Under the pieces are notes generated by a model that saw only the letters and a program-made list of their open reading frames with translations, did not search any database and was not told the DNA's origin. A DNA stretch of 63,801 nt, filler included, from Trichodelitschia bisporula (lineage: Eukaryota), in the NCBI GenBank assembly GCA_010356995.1. It is 4 parts of 4 records of this genome, joined end to end, with 100 filler letters (N's around TTAATTAATTAA, not from the genome) between each part and the next. Parts side by side here need not be neighbours in the genome. Positions count along the whole stretch, not along the records: positions 56,717 to 60,856 come from ML996717.1; positions 60,957 to 63,801 come from ML996719.1; 2 more parts are not named here. One strand, 5' to 3'. Of the stretch, positions 57,812 through 63,801 are shown in pieces (the first letter of the stretch is position 1; each line of letters opens with the position of its first letter). The translations under genes and the position numbers were made by a program.

Positions 57812-59659
57812 TGAGACGTTAATACATGAGAAGACGTCTTTGAAAGTTGGTGAGCGTTAAAGAATTCAGCCGCAAATTTATTGTCCTTACGGGGCGTCCA
57901 GATCTTTTAGTCGTATAGTCAGTCACCACAACTTGACAGAGGTTAAAAGCAACACTTGACTTACATCCTACACCNNNNNNNNNNNNNNNNNNNNNNNNNN
58001 NNNNNNNNNNNNNNNNNNNNNNNNNNNNNNNNNNNNNNNNNNNNNNNNNNNNNNNNNNNNNNNNNNNNNNNNNNNNNNNNNNNNNNNNNNNNNNNNNNNN
58101 NNNNNNNNNNNNNNNNNNNNNNNNNNNNNNNNNNNNNNNNNNNNNNNNNNNNNNNNNNNNNNNNNNNNNNNNNNNNNNNNNNNNNNNNNNNNNNNNNNNN
58201 NNNNNNNNNNNNNNNNNNNNNNNNNNNNNNNNNNNNNNNNNNNNNNNNNNNNNACGGTCAGCAATCATCGCATCTTGTCCATATCAAGTAGGTCCACTTA
58301 CCTCCTACATCGGCACTCAAGATTAGCTAGTCAGCCTGACCTGAATTATCTTTATGCATACCCACTAAATTCGCATTACATCTGGGACTTCATCTTCGAC
58401 TTGCGCTTCATACGTACTGTGAAACTTCCATGGGGGCCTTTAACAGTATAAAGGCGATCCCGGAGTACCTTCAACCTTTCTTTCAAAATATTGGGCATCC
58501 TAGTACCGTTTCAGAAATCGAACTGTGTTTCGTCATAAGGCTACGAATTTGAGCGTTGGGGGGACGCGAGGTAGGGGACGGCACTAGGGCTCTACTTGAC
58601 TTAGCCGGGAACGACGCCAAGATAGGCACAGCTGAACACTTCAATTCTTTTGAGCGAGGTGCAGCGGAGGGACAAGGTATCCTGGTAGAGAGCAACCTGT
58701 TAGCAACACCTGCGCGGAGGCTATGTCCTCAGACTGGGACTTATAGCGGGCTAGCCCTTTAGAGCTGAAGCGCAAGCGGCCAGCCACTCTACGTATCATA
58801 CCTGAAAGCTTCTTTTCAAAAACGCCATTTAACCTCTTTTACGTCCCAAAGCGGATGCAGCCTGCGTCTAGCTTCACCTCATAAGAGTCAAAAAATCTGA
58901 TAAACTTATCATCCTATCTAGATGGTATTCATAATTAAGATTGCGAGTAGATTCAGACGAAGACTGCGAGTGACGACGGCGCCTAGTAGCCGTTCGACCC
59001 CCCTTACAGCCCGCGTGAAGTTCCTCTTAGCTCCTAAGTATTCTACCCGTGGATTTGCTCAGTTTATAAACCAGTGTAAGGCGTTGAACGTCACGATCGC
59101 AGCACGGCTGCTCTGTATTCGGGCCAGCCGAAAAAGTTTTAGGCTGCCCCCTGGACTGAATTTACGGAGAGTGGGGGGCATAACTTTCGGCCTGCCGTAG
59201 GACTTACACGCCGCGAGGCAGCGCGAACCGCAAACCGCAATCATTAGACTCCGAATAAGCGACTTAAATATCAACAGCCCTCTCCCTCCCTCCATACCGC
59301 CCCTCGCAGATCATCTAGCTCTAGGGTAACGACCCTGCAATGGCGCTCCGAAAAAGTCCCTGCTGTTCTCAGCGCCGCTTTCGCCGAGGAGGGTGGCTAT
59401 AACATAACGCTCCCTACCTCAGCGGCCGCGGAAGAGGCTTAAGAGAGCTCTTATGTTCTAGGTTGGTATTAACGTGAAAAGCTCAAGGACGAATCATGTA
59501 GTACGTGTACGCCCCGCGCAGGACGGGAACGTGGGATTCGCAGATACGGGCGGCGAGACGTAAGGCAAACGAAGTATGTCTGGCAATGTAGGCACGGCAG
59601 AATAGTAGCCCAAACAGCATCTATACCAGTATGCACCATCGCCATATTATACCACACCC

Positions 59660-60440
59660 CTACAGCACTATACACCACCCGATCCTCCGCCCCCTTACTA
59701 TCCCCTGTACGCCCAGTGGCAAAACCCCTCTCGGCATCAACCTCAACCCGCCCACCCAATCCCACAACTCGCGCGCATACATCTGTACCACCCACGTTCC
59801 CTCTTCATCCAGCGGTCCCGCCAGCGCACCCACCGCCTCGCGCATATGCCGCGACAGCGTAAGCCTATGCCCCCCGCCCCCGCCATCAGCCGCCAATACA
59901 GCCCCAGCAACTCGAGCGACGTATCCTGACGCTGCGCCGCCCACTCCCAGAACAGCATAAACGCGTCCAGCTCCCCGAGCCCCATCGTCCGCCCGGCAGC
60001 CCCGCTGCGCGCACTCGTCTCCGCCCAGGTTAGACGGGCTCCATCATAGGCCTTTTGTTCCTGGGTCAAGAAGGCGCGCACCTCGCCGCGGGGATTCCGG
60101 CGCAGCTCGTCTCGCACGTCGCGTACAAAACACGCACTTAAATTTTTTTTTTTTTCAGCTCCAGCCCCCCGAGCGCCTTGGGGAGGAGCAAAAACGCGTC
60201 CGGTAGGGCGGGGCCGCCGAAGCGCGCCGCCAGCATGGCCTGGAGGTGCGCGATGGCGTTGCCTTCGCCGAAGAGCGTGCGCTGTATGAACTGGTGTATA
60301 CGCAAGATCCTCTCGATATGGGCGCACCCGAAGCACGGCACTAGTGAGCTGAAGGTGTACGAGAAGAAGCGCCCGATGCAGCTGTTCCATGTTTGTACCC
60401 AGAAGAGGAATGAGGGGCAGGCGGCGAGTTGGGTGCGCAT
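59660..60440 (-). pseudogene. rvt: C-terminal fragment of a cellular reverse-transcriptase-related (rvt) gene, with two frameshifts
   Basis: Three successive frames read QLAACPSFLFWVQTWNSCIGRFF...CFGCAHIERIL...RFGGPALPDAFLLLPKALGGLEL / FLTQEQKAY...FMLFWEWAAQRQDTS..L..LY / WVVQMYARELWDWVGGLRLM...LPLG...RIGW. This matches the recalled C-terminus of fungal RVT proteins. Confidence 0.72.
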
Positions 60441-60856
60441 CCGTTGCATCGGGCACATCATTAACCTTGCGGTACAGAGTTTTCTCTTCGCGACAAACAA
60501 GAAGGCAATGGAGGAGGCGCTGGCATGGGCATGGGAACGGGACGATAAGGACGAAGTTGAAGGCTTTTCGGACCGCCTACACGCCCACCTCCTTGAGGCC
60601 CATGATCCGTCACTACCGGTCAGTTTTCGTCGCGAAGCAGGCTGGAGGAGCATCGGAACTCTAGGAAAAGTGCACAATTTGGCCGTTTTTATACGGTCTT
60701 CTCCCCAGATTAGCGATGCATGGGGAGAGCTGGCTCATGAATCTCTGGGAATCGACAATGAGACGCGCTGGAACTCATGGTTCTATCTCCTCGAGAAGGT
60801 CCAGAAGCACCAAGGTCACCTCTTCACTTTCTGTCGAGAGTACTCCAGCAATCAGA
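60436..60856 (+). mobile_element. hAT-family transposase fragment
   Basis: RIRCIGHIINLAVQSFLF (CxxH), LGKVHNLAVFIRSSPQ, DNETRWNSWF. Confidence 0.88.
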
Positions 60857-60956
60857 NNNNNNNNNNNNNNNNNNNNNNNNNNNNNNNNNNNNNNNNNNNN
60901 TTAATTAATTAANNNNNNNNNNNNNNNNNNNNNNNNNNNNNNNNNNNNNNNNNNNN
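60857..60956. other. Artificial contig linker
   Basis: N44-TTAATTAATTAA-N44. Confidence 0.95.
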
Positions 60957-60967
60957 TCAAGCGTGTC

Positions 60968-62161
60968 ATGACATGGACAGACGCGGAGGATCTAGCCAAC
61001 GAGATTCAGGCCCATCCTACCCTGTTCTTCATCGCTTTTGAGTCTCTCCAGGAGAAAGTACATGAGCTTCAGGAAGCCCTCGATGCCAAGCCTCAAGCGC
61101 AGGAGCAAACTCAGGATCCCCAGCTCGTGAACGTTGTCCAAGAGCTTGCGAAGGCACTTGACGCGATGCGTATCGAGAAAGACGCACTCGCCACTCAGCT
61201 TGCGCAGTTCCGGGCAACAGCGGATTCTCCTGCCGCTAGGGCCCTCCGCATGGCTCATGAAGCATTGGAGGGTACATCAGCTTTGCCGGTGCTTACGCGC
61301 CCGGGGAGCCCCTTCGAGAACTACTCCATCAAAGAAATCGACAAGCGTGTTCCGGAACCCTTCGTGTTTGAAGGAGATCGCGCGGATTTCGAGAACTGGA
61401 AGATGAGACTTATCAATCGCCTTACCAACGCTTCTGTTCTCTATCCCACCGAGCATGCCAAGCTCCACTACATCCTGTCCCGCACCAAAGGAAAGGGGTC
61501 CGCTCCGATCGTCGGCCGCATGAGGGAAGATAGCATGAATCATTACCAATCTGCGGAGGAGATGATCAAGGATCTCACTCAGGCCTTTGGTGATTATGAC
61601 GCTACCCGTCGTGCGGAACGCCGCCGCGACGATCGTTCCTACTTCCCGATGAAGGAGAACGAGGATCTCGAGGAGTACATGACTCGGTTTGCTAGCGTGG
61701 TCAACGACATCCCTTGGTACCATATGGGTCCGGGTGCCGAGAGGCAGAAAACCAATCTCTTCCGCCAGAACTTAACGAAGGAGATCCGTCAAGCTGTCTC
61801 CCACATGGACGAGGACCTCGGCTTTGAGGCCATCCGCCGTGCTGCTGCCAACTACTATCATAACGCGGTAGAAGGCACGCGCCCTCAGAACAAGCGGAAG
61901 AACAACGGTCCCGGAGGAGGTCAGAATGACAGCCAGGAAGCAAAGAAGCCGCGAGGTCCCAACAACACCTACCGCAGTGCCGCTCTAAAGAAGCTCCTCC
62001 GCCTGATGAATGCCTGCTTACGCTGCGCGGTGATCGGCCACAAGGCTTCGGACCCGGACGCGCCGTGCCAGGGCAAGGACTACATTTCCAACAAGGAGGC
62101 ACAGAAGATCGCGGAGGCGTGGGCGGCCGCAAACCCGGGAAAAGTGCAGTCCTCGGCGTAA
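60968..62161 (+). CDS. gag: Ty3/gypsy Gag
   Basis: PEPFVFEGDRADFENW, KLHYILSRTKG and a zinc knuckle CLRCAVIGHKASDPDAPC; lies directly upstream of pol. Confidence 0.88.
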   Translation: MTWTDAEDLANEIQAHPTLFFIAFESLQEKVHELQEALDAKPQAQEQTQDPQLVNVVQELAKALDAMRIEKDALATQLAQFRATADSPAARALRMAHEALEGTSALPVLTRPGSPFENYSIKEIDKRVPEPFVFEGDRADFENWKMRLINRLTNASVLYPTEHAKLHYILSRTKGKGSAPIVGRMREDSMNHYQSAEEMIKDLTQAFGDYDATRRAERRRDDRSYFPMKENEDLEEYMTRFASVVNDIPWYHMGPGAERQKTNLFRQNLTKEIRQAVSHMDEDLGFEAIRRAAANYYHNAVEGTRPQNKRKNNGPGGGQNDSQEAKKPRGPNNTYRSAALKKLLRLMNACLRCAVIGHKASDPDAPCQGKDYISNKEAQKIAEAWAAANPGKVQSSA

Positions 62162-62176
62162 GACGCCGTCGGGGAC
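62137..62176 (+). promoter_or_regulatory. -1 programmed ribosomal frameshift signal
   Basis: Heptamer G GGA AAA (62137-62143, in gag phase), a 5-nt spacer, then stem-loop GTCCT-CGGCGT-AAG-ACGCCG-TC-GGGGAC covering the gag stop. Confidence 0.8.
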
Positions 62177-63801
62177 TTCCTACCGCGCAAGCAATCCCTC
62201 ATATCAAGGAAGCTGAGCAGGCAGGATTGGCGGAGCTGACTCTAGATAAGATCAACGCTAAGATGGCTTCTCTAAAAGTCAAAGCTCTCAACCTCTGCCT
62301 CTCCTCCCTACCGCTCACCTCTACCTTGAAATCTCAACCCCGACCTCCTCGTGTCGGGGAACACCTCCTACTGAATGCCGAGCTTAAGGAAGTTAGTGGC
62401 AAGTGCTACTACACAACTCGTTGCATGATTGACAACGGCGCCTCTGGTGAAGCCTTTCTAGACCAAGCGTTCGTGAAGAAATTCAAGATCCAGACTTGGC
62501 CACTCAGCTCCCCTCGTAGACTTGATCTCGCTAACGGCAAACCGGCTGCTCCTGTTACCGATATGGCTACAGTCATCATTCTACACGATGATCACATCAG
62601 TGAAGTGGCCGCCTTCGTTACGGACCTGGGAGGCTCCGTCGACTGCATTCTCGGGCAACCTTGGCTGCAGGAGCACAACCCGAGTGTCGACTGGTCAAAC
62701 AGTGAAATCCGGTACACCTCCAAGAAGTGTAAGACGAGCTGTCTCTGGCAGCGGCCGGGACCGGACAAATCGTTAGACCATGGGGATATTGCTACTATCT
62801 CCGCAAAGGCCTTCCTTCTGATGGCAAAGAGGCAAGAGAATGTCATCTCCTATCTAACGCCGGAAGACTTCGAGCGCCTAGACCGGCCAAAAGATCAAGA
62901 TCGAAACTGGGCTGTCGAACAAGTCCTTGGAGACTTGAGGCTAGCTGCAATCACCCCGGAAGATTATGCGAAGTTCTTCCACAAGCTCAAGTCAACCCCA
63001 AAGAGCTTAGAGGAAATCCGGAAGATTGTACCCCAGCAGTACCACAAGTACATTGAGGTTTGGAATCCGGTGCCTCCGGCTACAAGCCTTCCCCCAGACC
63101 GAGGTCACCTCAACCACCGCATTGAGCTCGTTCCTGGGAAGCCCCCGCCTGCGTATAGGCCCCGGGGAACGTCTAGGGAGACCGCCGAAGTGATCAGAGC
63201 ATATGTGAACGACATGCTAGGGAAGGGACACATCCAACCAAGCACCTCCCCCTTTGCAGCTCCTATCCTGGTTTGTACAAAACCGGGAGGGGGTCTGAGG
63301 GTCTGCGTCGACTACCGGAGTCTCAATGAGATTACTGTTAAGAACCGGAACGTGCCTCCACTGATCCAGGAAACCCTCAGCCGTCTGTCAAAGGCTAGGA
63401 TTTATTCTAAGTTTGACGTGGTAGCAGCCTTCAACGAGATCCGCATTGATCCTGGAGAGGAACACAAGACAGCCTTCACTACGCGCTACGGCCTGTTTGA
63501 GTACAAGGTGATGCCTTTTGGGCTCACGAATGCTCCGGCTACATGGCAGAGATTCATCAACGATGTCTTAAGACCCTTCCTGGACGTCTTCGTCACTGCA
63601 TACCTAGACGATATTCTAGTGTATAGCGAGTCCGAGGAGGCGCATAAGAAGCACGTATCACAAGTGCTAGCCGCTCTTCTCAAGCACCGCGTGTACCTGG
63701 ATATTGGGAAATGCGAGTTCCACACCACGCGAGTCAAATACCTGGGACTGATTGTGTCTGTGAATGGCATGGAGATGGACAGTCAGAAGGTCGAAGCCGT
63801 T
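62137..63801 (+). CDS. pol: Ty3/gypsy Pol (protease, RT) in the -1 frame relative to gag; runs off the window
   Basis: The frame from 62137 carries protease MIDNGAS and ILGQPWL, then RT LRVCVDYRSLN, KTAF, MPFGLTNAPATWQ and YLDDILVY; no stop codon was seen. Confidence 0.93.

Noticed and set aside
58260..59600. Degenerate TpA-rich segment as a specific gene or transposon
   Set aside because: It looks decayed, but no family motif could be identified by eye.
1..63801. tRNA or rRNA genes
   Set aside because: No convincing T-loop/cloverleaf or rRNA signature was seen by eye; tRNAscan-SE or Infernal would be decisive.

Overview
Intron-containing filamentous ascomycete (Pezizomycotina-like) genomic DNA, assembled from several contigs. 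Three gaps carry an artificial N44-TTAATTAATTAA-N44 linker, so adjacency across them is uncertain. Conserved genes: an SSK1 response regulator, a Baeyer-Villiger monooxygenase, two DUF4360 secreted proteins, a TauD-type dioxygenase, a PAN/apple secreted protein, a GRAM-VASt sterol-transfer protein and a probable Atg38/NRBF2. Three accessory zones stand out. (1) At 8.5-26 kb, a cluster of repeat-rich orphan genes carries short motifs resembling translation-factor motifs (eIF4G PABP-binding-like I-x-I-x-[DN]-P-x-T-x-E-V; Ded1/DDX3-like Y[IV]PPHR). It includes a ~1,820-codon ORF broken by one in-frame TAG and ending in two C2H2 fingers. (2) Two related Starship-like left ends (~26.48 kb and ~51.58 kb) both begin near TTAC. 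Each has a DUF3435 tyrosine-recombinase 'captain' independently destroyed by LTR insertion and deletion, followed by a PNP_UDP-NACHT NLR whose effector domain differs far more than its flanks. (3) Further innate-immunity genes (lipase-NB-ARC-TPR, two HET-domain genes), a nest of Ty1/copia pieces and short LTRs, a frameshifted fragment of the cellular rvt reverse-transcriptase gene joined to a hAT fragment, and an apparently intact Ty3/gypsy gag-pol with a -1 frameshift signal. No tRNA, rRNA or CRISPR array was found.
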